This document shows positions 1-9,721 of a stretch of DNA of 64,000 nucleotides, piece after piece (within the stretch, counting starts at the first letter, position 1; the number at the start of each line of letters is the position of its first letter). Under the pieces are notes generated by a model. That model saw only the letters and a program-made list of their open reading frames with translations. It ran no database searches and had not been told where the DNA came from. The translations under genes were made by a program, and so were the position numbers. The stretch comes from Euryarchaeota archaeon UBA552 (lineage in GTDB: Archaea; Thermoplasmatota; Poseidoniia; Poseidoniales; Thalassarchaeaceae), in NCBI GenBank assembly GCA_002499585.1, contig DAMH01000009.1:3396-67395 (forward strand), written 5' to 3'.

Positions 1-2
1 GC

Positions 3-893
3 AAAAACGGAGATGTTCACGGTATTATTGCCCCGGAAAACTGGCGTGAAGCGTACTCATTAGGAACTAAGTATGAACTAATGGAGATAGGAAGAAAAGG
101 AAACGTCAAAAATCCGATTCTTGATGTGACAATAGACCCAGTCGACCCAGTAATTTCTGAGCCAAGGATCTTTTCAACCCTAAACTCTGACCGGATGGCC
201 AGAATCCTCGCCACTAGGGGGGTACCCATGGTGAATATGCCAGTCATCGAGCTTCAGACGATTGCTAAAAACTGGCCATTTCTGAAGATTGATGGTTCCT
301 CGCCCAAATCAACATGGCCGATACTCGTCTTGACATCCCCCTTTTCTGTCAGAGCAACTACAGAGATGCTCGATGAGATACCAAATCTCTCAAGAATAGC
401 CTGGTTGGCGATTGGAGAAGGTACAGCTCGCGCCTGCTTTCGCGCTGGCCATCCAGCTTCAATCTGCGCGGATGCGCGGAACCGGGATGAATTGTTTGAA
501 TTCATTGTCAAGAATCTTCAAAAAAACACCCCTCTATACATCCCGATGTCGACTTCAGCCCCAAAAGACTTCCCTTCATCACTCCGGAGTGCAGGATACG
601 AAGTGTTTGATTGGAATGCCTACAGCAACAACCCGAGACAAATATCGGAGGCAGAGATAACCATGAGTGACTTGCTGTTGATATCTTCTCCTTCCTCAGC
701 GATATCTTGGGCCAAAAATGGATTACCAGTGCCGGAAAAAGTGATCTGTATGGGACAGTCCACGAAAACATCAATTGAATTGCTAGATGCCTTTAGTAAC
801 AGCGAAGTGAGCGTCCTAAACGGGCCTACATTAAAGGCGATATCAGACTTCTGGAATAAGAATGGGGGGGAAGAAAATGAGGCTCAGGATTAA
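3..893 (+). CDS. hemD: Uroporphyrinogen-III synthase (HemD)-like domain protein, 5'-truncated by the window edge; possibly a HemC-HemD fusion
   Basis: The frame is open from base 3 (KNGDVHGIIAPENW...), upstream of the tracked ATG at 81. HemD-like segments: PVIEL, LVLTSPFSV, AIGEGTARA, LLISSPSSA, VICMGQST. First gene of the hem cluster. Confidence 0.7.
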   Translation, partial: KNGDVHGIIAPENWREAYSLGTKYELMEIGRKGNVKNPILDVTIDPVDPVISEPRIFSTLNSDRMARILATRGVPMVNMPVIELQTIAKNWPFLKIDGSSPKSTWPILVLTSPFSVRATTEMLDEIPNLSRIAWLAIGEGTARACFRAGHPASICADARNRDELFEFIVKNLQKNTPLYIPMSTSAPKDFPSSLRSAGYEVFDWNAYSNNPRQISEAEITMSDLLLISSPSSAISWAKNGLPVPEKVICMGQSTKTSIELLDAFSNSEVSVLNGPTLKAISDFWNKNGGEENEAQD

Positions 894-1845
894 CCGCTGG
901 ACTCCTGCCAGACGGGATCTAATATTTGGTCGCAAAATTAAGCACTCATTAGTTCAACCTCATTTCGTTGTTGCGGGCCAGAATGTCGATGATCCAATCC
1001 AAGGGATGTCAGGAATCAACCGCCAATCCACCGATATTCTAATGCAAACCATCGAATCGGACATGAAAATGGGCTTGACTTCGCATATGATATTCTTAGT
1101 GATGGATGACCAAATGAAAGACTCAACGGCATCATACGCATCTGACCACACATCACCACTTCACAACACTGTCAGATTACTAAAAGATCGATACGGTGAC
1201 GACATCGTCGTGATGACGGACGTGTGCCTTTGCACTGGCACCGATCATGGGCATTGCGGAATCGTCAAGGAGGAAAGAATCGAGAACGATGCGACAGTCG
1301 AAGAGCTTGTAAAAATCGGAATATCCCATGCTAAAGACGGTGCAGACTACATCTCAGCTTCAGACATGATGGACGGCCGCATTCTCCGTCTAAGGGAGGA
1401 ACTAGACAAACACGGTTTTCATTCGACTGGAATTATGTCTTACTCTGTTAAATATGCATCATCTTTCTATGGACCATTTAGAGAGGCAGCCGATTCAAGC
1501 CCAGAATTTGGTGACCGAAAAAGTCACCAAATGGACGTACGGTCAGGATATTCCGAAGCTATAATGGAGGCTCTGACCGATGAGAAAGAGGGCGCAGATA
1601 TAATCATGATAAAACCAGGACTTCCATATTTGGACGTACTGAGAAAAGTGGCAGATGCGGTAAACAGGCCGATGGCCGTATACAATGTGAGCGGAGAATA
1701 TTCAATGGTCATGGAAGGGAACAGAGACATTCACAAAAGAGAACGAATAATTCGCGAGATATTCAATGCATTCAGACGTGCTGGTGCAGACGTAATAGTC
1801 AGTTACCACGCTCGAGAGGCTGCAACCCATGGATGGCTTGAGTGA
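877..1845 (+). CDS. hemB: Porphobilinogen synthase (delta-aminolevulinate dehydratase)
   Basis: DVCLCTGTDHGHCG Zn site, SDMMDGR, YASSFYGPFREAA, IMIKPG, AVYNVSGEY. ATG 877 follows a G-rich SD-like run (alternative start 862). Confidence 0.97.
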   Translation: MRLRINRWTPARRDLIFGRKIKHSLVQPHFVVAGQNVDDPIQGMSGINRQSTDILMQTIESDMKMGLTSHMIFLVMDDQMKDSTASYASDHTSPLHNTVRLLKDRYGDDIVVMTDVCLCTGTDHGHCGIVKEERIENDATVEELVKIGISHAKDGADYISASDMMDGRILRLREELDKHGFHSTGIMSYSVKYASSFYGPFREAADSSPEFGDRKSHQMDVRSGYSEAIMEALTDEKEGADIIMIKPGLPYLDVLRKVADAVNRPMAVYNVSGEYSMVMEGNRDIHKRERIIREIFNAFRRAGADVIVSYHAREAATHGWLE

Positions 1846-1853
1846 GGTGCAAT

Positions 1854-3149
1854 ATGGAACGTGTAGAGTCTAATAAGTTGCATCAGGAGGCACTTTCACA
1901 TCTCGTAGGAGGAGTCAACTCCCCTGTTAGAGCATTCAAATCCGTCCATGGAGATCCAATCTATTTTGAGCATGCATCTGGAGCGATTGTGACAGATGTG
2001 GATGGTAACGAATTTGTGGACTTCGTTCAATCTTGGGGTCCTTTAATTCACGGACATGCCCATCCAGAAATACTACAGAACGTGTACGAGAAAATGCAGA
2101 AAGGCACGTCTTTTGGTGCCCCCCATCTCGGAGAAATTGAACTCGCCAAGCATGTAAAGAACAGATTCAGCCACATGGATATGGTACGGTTCGTCTCTTC
2201 TGGGACCGAGGCTGTGATGAGCGCGATCCGACTGGCTAGAGGTTACACTGAGCGTGAGATCCTAGTGAAATTCGACGGTTGCTATCATGGTCACGTCGAC
2301 TCGCTGATGGTCAACGCGGGAAGTGGAATGGCCACGTTCGGCATAGCAAGCAGTCCAGGTATCCCGCGCGATATTGCTGGAACTACGCTCATAGCTCCCT
2401 TGGGTGACAAGGATGCCATAGAATACCTTTTCAGACAACACGGCGGAGAAATTGCTGCAATAGTGATAGAACCCCTCCCTGCAAACAATGGTTTGTTAGT
2501 TCAAGATCATCACTTCCTTCAGTACCTCAGAGAAACTTGTGACGAACATGGATCCATGCTGATTTTTGACGAAGTAATTTCGGGCTTCAGATTCAAGGAC
2601 GGAAGTTACGGAGACATGTGTGGTGTTACACCAGACATCTCGGCACTCGGTAAAGTGATTGGTGGAGGTTTGCCGGTCGGTGCGTATGGTGCCAGGAAAG
2701 AAATCATGGAGAACCTATCTCCCCTTGGACCGGTTTATCAAGCTGGGACCCTGTCTGGTAACCCACTGGCCATGGCAGCCGGGTCAAAGACCCTGGATTT
2801 ACTGGATGAGGAAGCCTATGATTATCTCGAATATCTCGGCAGTCAGTTAGAGAAGGAAGTCACAACTGTACTTGAAAAGCACGGAAATCCAATGAGGCTG
2901 GTTAGGTTAGGAAGCCTGTTTTGGCTCTCCCCCGGGTCAGGGGAACCTCCCGTCCGGGCCGACCAAATCCCAAAGAATGCAGGAGAATTGTACGCAGATG
3001 TCCATCATGGCTTGCTGGAGATGGGCTACATGCTCGCCCCTTCAGCGTATGAGATCGGTTTCCTCTCGACTGCACACAAAGAACACCACATAAGCGGCAT
3101 GTCACACGCACTGGATCAAGTTCTCGCGCGGCTAGAGGTAGGGACATGA
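1854..3149 (+). CDS. hemL: Glutamate-1-semialdehyde 2,1-aminomutase
   Basis: GGVNSPVRAF, SGTEAVMSAIRLARG, FDGCYHGH, FDEVISGFR, LGKVIGGGLP (PLP lysine), YQAGTLSGNP. GAGGTG SD precedes ATG 1854. Confidence 0.97.
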   Translation: MERVESNKLHQEALSHLVGGVNSPVRAFKSVHGDPIYFEHASGAIVTDVDGNEFVDFVQSWGPLIHGHAHPEILQNVYEKMQKGTSFGAPHLGEIELAKHVKNRFSHMDMVRFVSSGTEAVMSAIRLARGYTEREILVKFDGCYHGHVDSLMVNAGSGMATFGIASSPGIPRDIAGTTLIAPLGDKDAIEYLFRQHGGEIAAIVIEPLPANNGLLVQDHHFLQYLRETCDEHGSMLIFDEVISGFRFKDGSYGDMCGVTPDISALGKVIGGGLPVGAYGARKEIMENLSPLGPVYQAGTLSGNPLAMAAGSKTLDLLDEEAYDYLEYLGSQLEKEVTTVLEKHGNPMRLVRLGSLFWLSPGSGEPPVRADQIPKNAGELYADVHHGLLEMGYMLAPSAYEIGFLSTAHKEHHISGMSHALDQVLARLEVGT

Positions 3150-4177
3150 ATGGAAGAGAGAGAATTACCGCTGCACTCAATTTGCAGCCTGTCGATCGAA
3201 CCCCAATTTGGTTCATGCGTCAAGCCGGACGTCACCTCCCAGAGTACAGAAAAATAGCGTCAGAACACTCATTTTGGGACAGGTGTAAAAATACAGAGTT
3301 GTGCGCAGAAATCACCCTTCAGCCGATAAAAAGGTATCAAAAATTAGACGCCGCAATCGTATTCAGCGATATATTGACGCCGCTCCCCAGTTTAGGTTAT
3401 GACGTGCATTACGGAAACGGGATCAGAATCGATCAATTCAAACTTGACGATGTCGATGAATGGCCAGAATTCAATGCCAGAAAACACGCACCATGGGCAG
3501 CAGACGGCCTAAAGTCAGTGGGTGAAAAAGTTGGCGATTCCGTTGCGAAATTAGGTTTTGCTGGATCTCCTTGGACAGTTTGTATGTACTTGATATCTGG
3601 AGGAACGGGGGACAAGGATTTCCACAACGCGAGGGCAAAGGTCTTCTCAAATCCTCAAAAATCAAAAAAGATGTTGATAAAAATGGGCGAGATCGTTGGA
3701 GACCTAATGGCCGATCAAGTCGTTTATGGCGGCGCAGATGCTGTCCAATTCTTCGATACATGGGCCGGTCTGTTGCCATCAGATTTGTATGAGAAATTCG
3801 CAATGCCAGCCACTCAACGTGCTATTGAGGTATTCAAAGAGAAAGCGGGCGGAAACACCCCGATAATTCACTATGCCAAAGGCTCGGGACACCTTCATGA
3901 CAGCATAAGAAAACTTGACATCAATGCCATATCTCTTGACTGGAGAGACGACCTAGCATACAATCGTTCCAAATATGGCAAGGATTTCGCATTCCAAGGA
4001 AACCTAGACCCCTCCCATCTCCATGGATCAACAGAGGCAGCCAGAAATGCCACTGAAAAAGTTATGAGAGCTGCTGGCCGATCTCCCGGGCATATTTTCA
4101 ATCTTGGCCACGGTTTCGCTCCCTCTGCAAGGATCGAATGTGTGGAAGAAGTGATCAGAGTCGTTACGGGTGCTTGA
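3146..4177 (+). CDS. hemE: Uroporphyrinogen decarboxylase
   Basis: [53 protein letters not shown] overlap with hemL. Confidence 0.97.
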   Translation: MNGRERITAALNLQPVDRTPIWFMRQAGRHLPEYRKIASEHSFWDRCKNTELCAEITLQPIKRYQKLDAAIVFSDILTPLPSLGYDVHYGNGIRIDQFKLDDVDEWPEFNARKHAPWAADGLKSVGEKVGDSVAKLGFAGSPWTVCMYLISGGTGDKDFHNARAKVFSNPQKSKKMLIKMGEIVGDLMADQVVYGGADAVQFFDTWAGLLPSDLYEKFAMPATQRAIEVFKEKAGGNTPIIHYAKGSGHLHDSIRKLDINAISLDWRDDLAYNRSKYGKDFAFQGNLDPSHLHGSTEAARNATEKVMRAAGRSPGHIFNLGHGFAPSARIECVEEVIRVVTGA

Positions 4178-5087
4178 TGTGCGACAACAAATGATTGACA
4201 TGGTATATCGAATCCAAGACCTAATCTGTGCCGATTTGTCTACACTGGACGATTCCAACTTTCGGGAAGATGTATGGTCAAGAAAAGAGGGCGGCGGCGG
4301 TAGGAGTAGAGTATTCTCCGGAGGGAAAGTATTCGAAAAGGCAGGCGTCAATGTCAGTGTAGTCTATGGAACTCTGGAACCCGAAGCCGCCAAGGCCATG
4401 GGCGGAGGAAAAAAATCGAGTGACAATGACCTAGACTTCTTCGCGACAGGTATCAGCTTAGTCCTCCATCCACACAACCCAATGGCCCCGTCAGTGCATG
4501 CCAATTACAGGTATTTCGAGCGAGGTGATGGTCAAAGTGACGGGAGTTGGTGGTTTGGAGGCGGCGCAGATCTGACCCCCAGCTATCTATTCGAGGAGGA
4601 TATCCGTCACTTCCACTCAGTTCTGAAAGCCTCATGTGATCGTCATGAAGTAGCCAGTTACTCCAAATTTAAGGCGTGGTGTGATGAGTATTTTTTCATT
4701 CCCCACAGAGGCGAGTGTCGAGGGGTTGGAGGAATATTCTTCGATGACTTGAATCAAAAAGACAGACAATCCTGTTTCGATTTTGTGGAGGACTGTGCGA
4801 GTTCGTTCCTTGACTCATATATGCCCATCGTAAAAAAGAGGAAGGAGATGCCATTCACCGAGAAGAATAAACAATGGCAACAGTTACGGAGAGGGAGATA
4901 TGTCGAATTTAATTTGGTCTATGACAGAGGGACCACCTTTGGACTGAGGACCAATGGAAGAATAGAGAGCATATTGATGTCCCTGCCGCTGACTGCGAGG
5001 TGGGAGTACTGCCATGAAGTTGAGCCAGGATCCAGAGAAGATGATTTAATGTCAGTCGTGAAAAATCCAGTTGAGTGGCTGCAGTGA
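4170..5087 (+). CDS. hemF: Oxygen-dependent coproporphyrinogen III oxidase
   Basis: [72 protein letters not shown]. Confidence 0.97.
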   Translation: MLDVRQQMIDMVYRIQDLICADLSTLDDSNFREDVWSRKEGGGGRSRVFSGGKVFEKAGVNVSVVYGTLEPEAAKAMGGGKKSSDNDLDFFATGISLVLHPHNPMAPSVHANYRYFERGDGQSDGSWWFGGGADLTPSYLFEEDIRHFHSVLKASCDRHEVASYSKFKAWCDEYFFIPHRGECRGVGGIFFDDLNQKDRQSCFDFVEDCASSFLDSYMPIVKKRKEMPFTEKNKQWQQLRRGRYVEFNLVYDRGTTFGLRTNGRIESILMSLPLTARWEYCHEVEPGSREDDLMSVVKNPVEWLQ

Positions 5088-5097
5088 GGTTTCCAGA

Positions 5098-6354
5098 ATG
5101 TATTCGCTTGAACAGTGGGTCAGATATGGCGATGAGATCAGAAGACCCTTTCATGTGAACCCTAATTTACCCAAATCAACGAGGATTGTGATTGTTGGAG
5201 GAGGCCTGTCCGGTCTATCAACAGCCTTTCTTATTGCGAGGAAAAGGCAGGATGTTTCTATTGAAATAATTGAGAAAGAAAATCGCTTGGGCGGCGTGAT
5301 CGACACGTGGAGGAGTGATGAATGGTGCTGTGATGTAGCTGTAAATGCCACCCGACCCCATCCCTCTGTATGGAGATTAGTCAAATATTTGGGCCTTGAG
5401 AAAGAATTCTCCCAGTCTCGTCCAGAAGCCAGAAAACGATGGATTCACGATGGTAACCAAGCACGCAGATTGAGTCCGATATCGGCATTAAAGATTGGCC
5501 CCATCAGACTGGCAAGATCCGTAAAAAAAGCCAGAAAAGGTGGCAGATCCGTCATGGATCTAATACCAGACAAAGAAGTTGCAGATGCATTGACCCTCGG
5601 CGTTGTAAATGATGTAGCGATAAACGTAGATGCGGATTTCCTCTTCCCGACCCTTACACGCTTCGGAGCAAAACCTCCAAAAAGATGGTCAGGAATTAAA
5701 AAAGAAATGATGCGCACCTTTCCAATATTCACACCTACAAAAAACTCAATGTCATCATTTGAAGGTGGAATGTCAACCCTCACAGAGAAAATGATAACCT
5801 TGCTGATGCAGATGAGTAATGTAAACATCTCACTCAATACTCGTTTCAAAACACCATCAGAAGCAGCGAATCATTTCAATGTAGAACAGTCCTCTGTTAT
5901 CTGGACTGCTCCATTGGATGTCAGAGAGCCAGATAACAAAATATCAGTATTTGCTGTAGGCTACAACGAGTCGGATGTCGAATCGGTAGAGACAGGCTAT
6001 GGCACACTGATTCCAAACTCGGATATCCCAGTGAGCGGAATCCTACATGAAAGTGATATCCATTCCTCAAGAAGGGCCCCAGATGGCTTTCGCCTATTCA
6101 GGATAATGGCCCCACACTCAAGATGGGACGGGGAACAAGCCGAAATCAGAAAATCTGCAAAACAGTTCCTCTCAGATCGTGACCCTGTAATTTTTGAACT
6201 CATAGGTGTGAGGTCCATACCTGCATATCGACCAGGTTACATGGAGCGGATTTCAAATAAGAATCCGAACTACTCGCGGCTGGGTTGGAATTTTTCCGGA
6301 GTCTCGATCACACATGTGATATGCGAGGCGGAACGTGTATCAGATCTCTTTTGA
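5098..6354 (+). CDS. hemY: FAD-dependent protoporphyrinogen/coproporphyrinogen oxidase (HemY family), divergent
   Basis: Rossmann motif IVIVGGGLSGLS...EKENRLGG, SFEGGMSTL, GYGTLIP, IPAYRPGY, GVSITHVI. Last gene of the hem operon; GAGGT SD before ATG 5098. Confidence 0.8.
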   Translation: MYSLEQWVRYGDEIRRPFHVNPNLPKSTRIVIVGGGLSGLSTAFLIARKRQDVSIEIIEKENRLGGVIDTWRSDEWCCDVAVNATRPHPSVWRLVKYLGLEKEFSQSRPEARKRWIHDGNQARRLSPISALKIGPIRLARSVKKARKGGRSVMDLIPDKEVADALTLGVVNDVAINVDADFLFPTLTRFGAKPPKRWSGIKKEMMRTFPIFTPTKNSMSSFEGGMSTLTEKMITLLMQMSNVNISLNTRFKTPSEAANHFNVEQSSVIWTAPLDVREPDNKISVFAVGYNESDVESVETGYGTLIPNSDIPVSGILHESDIHSSRRAPDGFRLFRIMAPHSRWDGEQAEIRKSAKQFLSDRDPVIFELIGVRSIPAYRPGYMERISNKNPNYSRLGWNFSGVSITHVICEAERVSDLF

Positions 6355-6405
6355 AATAAGCGAGAAAGACAAATCAAATCGTCTCAGGATATCCACTGTT
6401 AACTT

Positions 6406-7320
6406 CTAGCGGGGATCCCCACCTAACGGTTTGAACTGAACTGAACTCGTCACAAAAAGTGTGAGGAGGATGAAAGAAATGAAATAATAATCTTGCTTTA
6501 ATGCTGAAATCAATAGGCCGAAGAGCAGAGACAAAAGACAGATAATCAGTAAGCCTGACAACAAAAACGGTGCTAGTGCGGGACGCGGGTCTATGAATTC
6601 GTACACGTAATAACCACCTTTTCTCCTTGCCTTTATCTCGGCGAATGTCAGATAAACACCCCCCATGATGATACTGAGGCTGATCACAGGCCACCCGAAA
6701 CTCATGCCGCCAAGGAGAAAATCAATCGAAAGTAACAACAGCACCCAATTGTGCATGACTTGCTCATGAGGCTTGAACATGTGATCTTGATCAGATCCTT
6801 GCTTTACCATCGACGGTAGAATCACGTATCTGACAACAACCGAGGTCAGCGATGCCGCTCCGAAGCTGGTTGCGAATAAGGACACCCCCAATCCCTGCAC
6901 CCACTCTGGGGGAGCATAACCAAGGCCGACATATATCGAACCGACACCATTCACAAACATAGACAAACCAAACACAATCATAGTCCAGGCACTGAAAGTG
7001 CCTAATTTTTCTAGTCCGACTGATTTGTGAACTCTAATTTCCAGTTCCTCCCTGAACAAGACTATCATAGTGCTGGGATCAGGATTGCGAATCATCCAAA
7101 ATACTGCAGTGTGGAGGCTGAGATATGCACACCCAAGTCGGAAAAATATCCTCAACCAGGTTTCCATACCCCCTTCCCCGTGGGTATCCATGTAACCAGG
7201 GAATCCGCCATTCCCGAAATTCAACATGAAAAAAAGAACTGATGATATTAAGATCAGTGATAGCAATGTAAGGGAGATAGATGACCTGTCATAACCCTTC
7301 AAATCCAATTTTCTATGCAT
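6406..7320 (-). CDS. Multi-pass integral membrane protein, possibly FAR-17a/AIG1/Pr6Pr-like
   Basis: About 7-8 hydrophobic segments; motifs TFSAWT, QVMHNW and YYVYEFID. Directly downstream of fen. Confidence 0.6.
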   Translation of the reverse strand: MHRKLDLKGYDRSSISLTLLSLILISSVLFFMLNFGNGGFPGYMDTHGEGGMETWLRIFFRLGCAYLSLHTAVFWMIRNPDPSTMIVLFREELEIRVHKSVGLEKLGTFSAWTMIVFGLSMFVNGVGSIYVGLGYAPPEWVQGLGVSLFATSFGAASLTSVVVRYVILPSMVKQGSDQDHMFKPHEQVMHNWVLLLLSIDFLLGGMSFGWPVISLSIIMGGVYLTFAEIKARRKGGYYVYEFIDPRPALAPFLLSGLLIICLLSLLFGLLISALKQDYYFISFILLTLFVTSSVQFKPLGGDPR

Positions 7321-7329
7321 AATAAAAAC

Positions 7330-8337
7330 TCAGAAGTCGAATAGGGTAGGTTTACCTGAGGAACGTATTCTATTTGCGGATGCCAGCCTCTCTATGGCTG
7401 TATTGACTCTTTTCTCACCGAATCCCAACTCAGTTCTCAACATAGAGATAATCCCTTCTTCGTGTCCCTTTGAATAATCTCGGATTTCTCCTTGAATACT
7501 AGGGTGATTGTGGAACAAATCTCGAATATCATTGATGTTTTCAGGCACTTCCAATTGTTTGTGGGAAGCAACTTCCTCCAGCGAACCGAACTTCTTGATC
7601 AGTTTCAAGCCAGTTTTGGGACCCACTCCTCTAAAACCCGGATGGAAGTCGGTTCCTATCATTATTCCCAAATCTACGAATTGGTGGTAATTGATATCTA
7701 AGCTGTCCAGTGTTTCTGAAAGTTCAATTCTCTCTGCACTGAGTACTCGCCCAAATTTCTTCGTACCATGTGCCGTGAGATTCCTGACCATGGTTGGAGC
7801 ACCATACAACAGTGTGTCCCAGTCTTGGCTTGCTACTGCTGATACCCCTCCTCGGCTGCAGATTACTGCTGCGGCCCCCTCGGCCTCCATAGGGGCATCG
7901 ATCCAAACCACTCCCATTAAATCAAAAAGACGTTTGGTATCATCCACCATCTGAGGCGTGTATTCGGCTATCTGGGGGCCGAGCTTCTTAGCACTTGCTA
8001 AATCTCCTGCTTGAACAGCACTCTCCCATTTTGTCCTTGCTTCCGCCTTTCGGGTCCGCCTTTCGCTGAGGGTATCGCGCTTCAACTTCGGTGGGCGGCC
8101 GTCGAACACGAAAATCGGATCAATCCCTTGGGAAACTAGGATTGAGGCCCTATCCAGAAAACCGTAGAGGTGGGCAGTCACCCTCCCCTCGTGTGATAGA
8201 GGCCTGCCATCCGGTCCAGTCAAACTGGTAAGAAATTGATAAGCGTTCAGAAACACATCCACAGCGACGCGCTGACCACTCAACTCAGATAGTCTGAGCG
8301 GGTGAGGTGTAACTAACTCTCTCAAATTACAGCCCAT
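7330..8337 (-). CDS. fen: Flap endonuclease-1
   Basis: MGCNL start, AVDVFLNAYQFL, FVFDG, APMEAEGAAA, SQDWDTLLYGAP, GTDFHPGFRGVGPKTG (H3TH), C-terminal PIP-like PTLFDF. Confidence 0.97.
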   Translation of the reverse strand: MGCNLRELVTPHPLRLSELSGQRVAVDVFLNAYQFLTSLTGPDGRPLSHEGRVTAHLYGFLDRASILVSQGIDPIFVFDGRPPKLKRDTLSERRTRKAEARTKWESAVQAGDLASAKKLGPQIAEYTPQMVDDTKRLFDLMGVVWIDAPMEAEGAAAVICSRGGVSAVASQDWDTLLYGAPTMVRNLTAHGTKKFGRVLSAERIELSETLDSLDINYHQFVDLGIMIGTDFHPGFRGVGPKTGLKLIKKFGSLEEVASHKQLEVPENINDIRDLFHNHPSIQGEIRDYSKGHEEGIISMLRTELGFGEKRVNTAIERLASANRIRSSGKPTLFDF

Positions 8338-8406
8338 GACATCTCCCAGTGTAACCCAAGGGACCCTCGCCTTTAGGGTTGAAGGCCTACATCCCTACCG
8401 GGAACC

Positions 8407-9531
8407 ATGGGCAGGATGGTCATTGGCTCGGGCTGGCATCCTAGACTATTCAGAGAAGAGGCCGAAAAAATCCATGGTGCATACAACGCAATACATCCAA
8501 GAATTTTGGAGATACCATCCCCTCGAAAAACAGAAACCTCCTGTTCACTGACTTCAATAACCCTAAAGTCTGCTGTCAAATTACCACTCAAAAAAACAAA
8601 TCTCACCAGATCCCTGCATAGATGGGCTGCTACTACAGACATTGAAGGGTCCTTTGCGGTGAGGTCGATGAAATTAGGAACAGGAATAGCAGGCATATCG
8701 GGGAAAAATCTAGAAAAATTGATCGGTCAGGAATTCTTTCAACGTGGATACAAGGTCGATTTGGAAAATCCTGATACAATCATACGAGTTATCATATCAG
8801 GGGCTCCTGACAGGCCGCAGCACAAGGATACAATGGTCCCAGCCAAAGTTCTAGTAACCGGAATCGAGGAAAAGGCTTCTCTGAATCATATGCAAAATTC
8901 TATGACCTCAATGCCGTTTTTCAAACCCGTAACCCTAGATCCTGCCCTAGCGGGGGTGCTGATCTCACTCGCATACAAGAATGGAGACCCCCCGTCTAGT
9001 ATTGTTGACCCCTTTTGCGGAACCGGATGCATTGCTATACAGGCTAGGAATAGAGGAATACCCGCATACTCAAGCGACTCCGATCCTACTATGGTCGAAG
9101 GCGCGAACCGGAATTTCTCACACGCCTTTGGAGACGACCAAGACAATTACAAATTTCAATTGTCTGATGTATCTGGAATAGCTGGAATTTGGGGAGAAAA
9201 ATCCAATACCGCATTTGTGTTCGACCCTCCTTATGCAAGGAATTCGAAGATTTCCAATGACGCTTTCGAAGTATTTGCTTCTGCATGTCATGCAGCGAAA
9301 AGAATGGATCCACAAGGAACCATAGTGACAATACTCCCTTCACCTGAAATAGGTTTACTCGACCATCTGAAGATTTCTAAACGAACAAATGTCATGGGTG
9401 TCGAATGGGGTTATATTCACCAGAAGCTCGAAGAAATAGGTTGGGGCATAGAACTTGCAATACCGACCCGGGTCCACAAGAGTCTGGTGAGGATAATCAT
9501 CCGAGCTACCGCGATATCCGATCAAGAATAG
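8407..9531 (+). CDS. THUMP + SAM-dependent methyltransferase (tRNA m2G10 Trm11/TrmG10-like)
   Basis: THUMP segment FAVRS...KVDLENPD; PFFKPVTLDP, VDPFCGTG, DPPY. Confidence 0.8.
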   Translation: MGRMVIGSGWHPRLFREEAEKIHGAYNAIHPRILEIPSPRKTETSCSLTSITLKSAVKLPLKKTNLTRSLHRWAATTDIEGSFAVRSMKLGTGIAGISGKNLEKLIGQEFFQRGYKVDLENPDTIIRVIISGAPDRPQHKDTMVPAKVLVTGIEEKASLNHMQNSMTSMPFFKPVTLDPALAGVLISLAYKNGDPPSSIVDPFCGTGCIAIQARNRGIPAYSSDSDPTMVEGANRNFSHAFGDDQDNYKFQLSDVSGIAGIWGEKSNTAFVFDPPYARNSKISNDAFEVFASACHAAKRMDPQGTIVTILPSPEIGLLDHLKISKRTNVMGVEWGYIHQKLEEIGWGIELAIPTRVHKSLVRIIIRATAISDQE

Positions 9532-9573
9532 CGAGGCATTGAAAGGCAAAGCCCTGCATAGGGCAACTGGCTC

Positions 9574-9650
9574 GGGCTGTTAGGGTAGTCTGGATATCCT
9601 TCCGGCCTTCGGAGCCGGAGACGTGGGTTCGAATCCTGCACGGCCCGCCA
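9574..9650 (+). tRNA. tRNA-Arg(UCG)
   Basis: Acceptor GGGCTGT/ACGGCCC; anticodon arm CCGGC-CT TCG GA-GCCGG; T loop TTCGAAT; encoded CCA. Confidence 0.95.
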
Positions 9651-9721
9651 ACAATCTCCACCGAATCATTGTACGGACACGATTCAGTAGTCTTGAAGAA
9701 AGACCCAGCAGACCAATGGCC

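Noticed and set aside
9623..9715. N-terminal extensions of the S8 ORFs starting within tRNAs (also 41280-41459)
   Set aside because: They overlap well-formed tRNAs; the signal peptides start at downstream ATGs.
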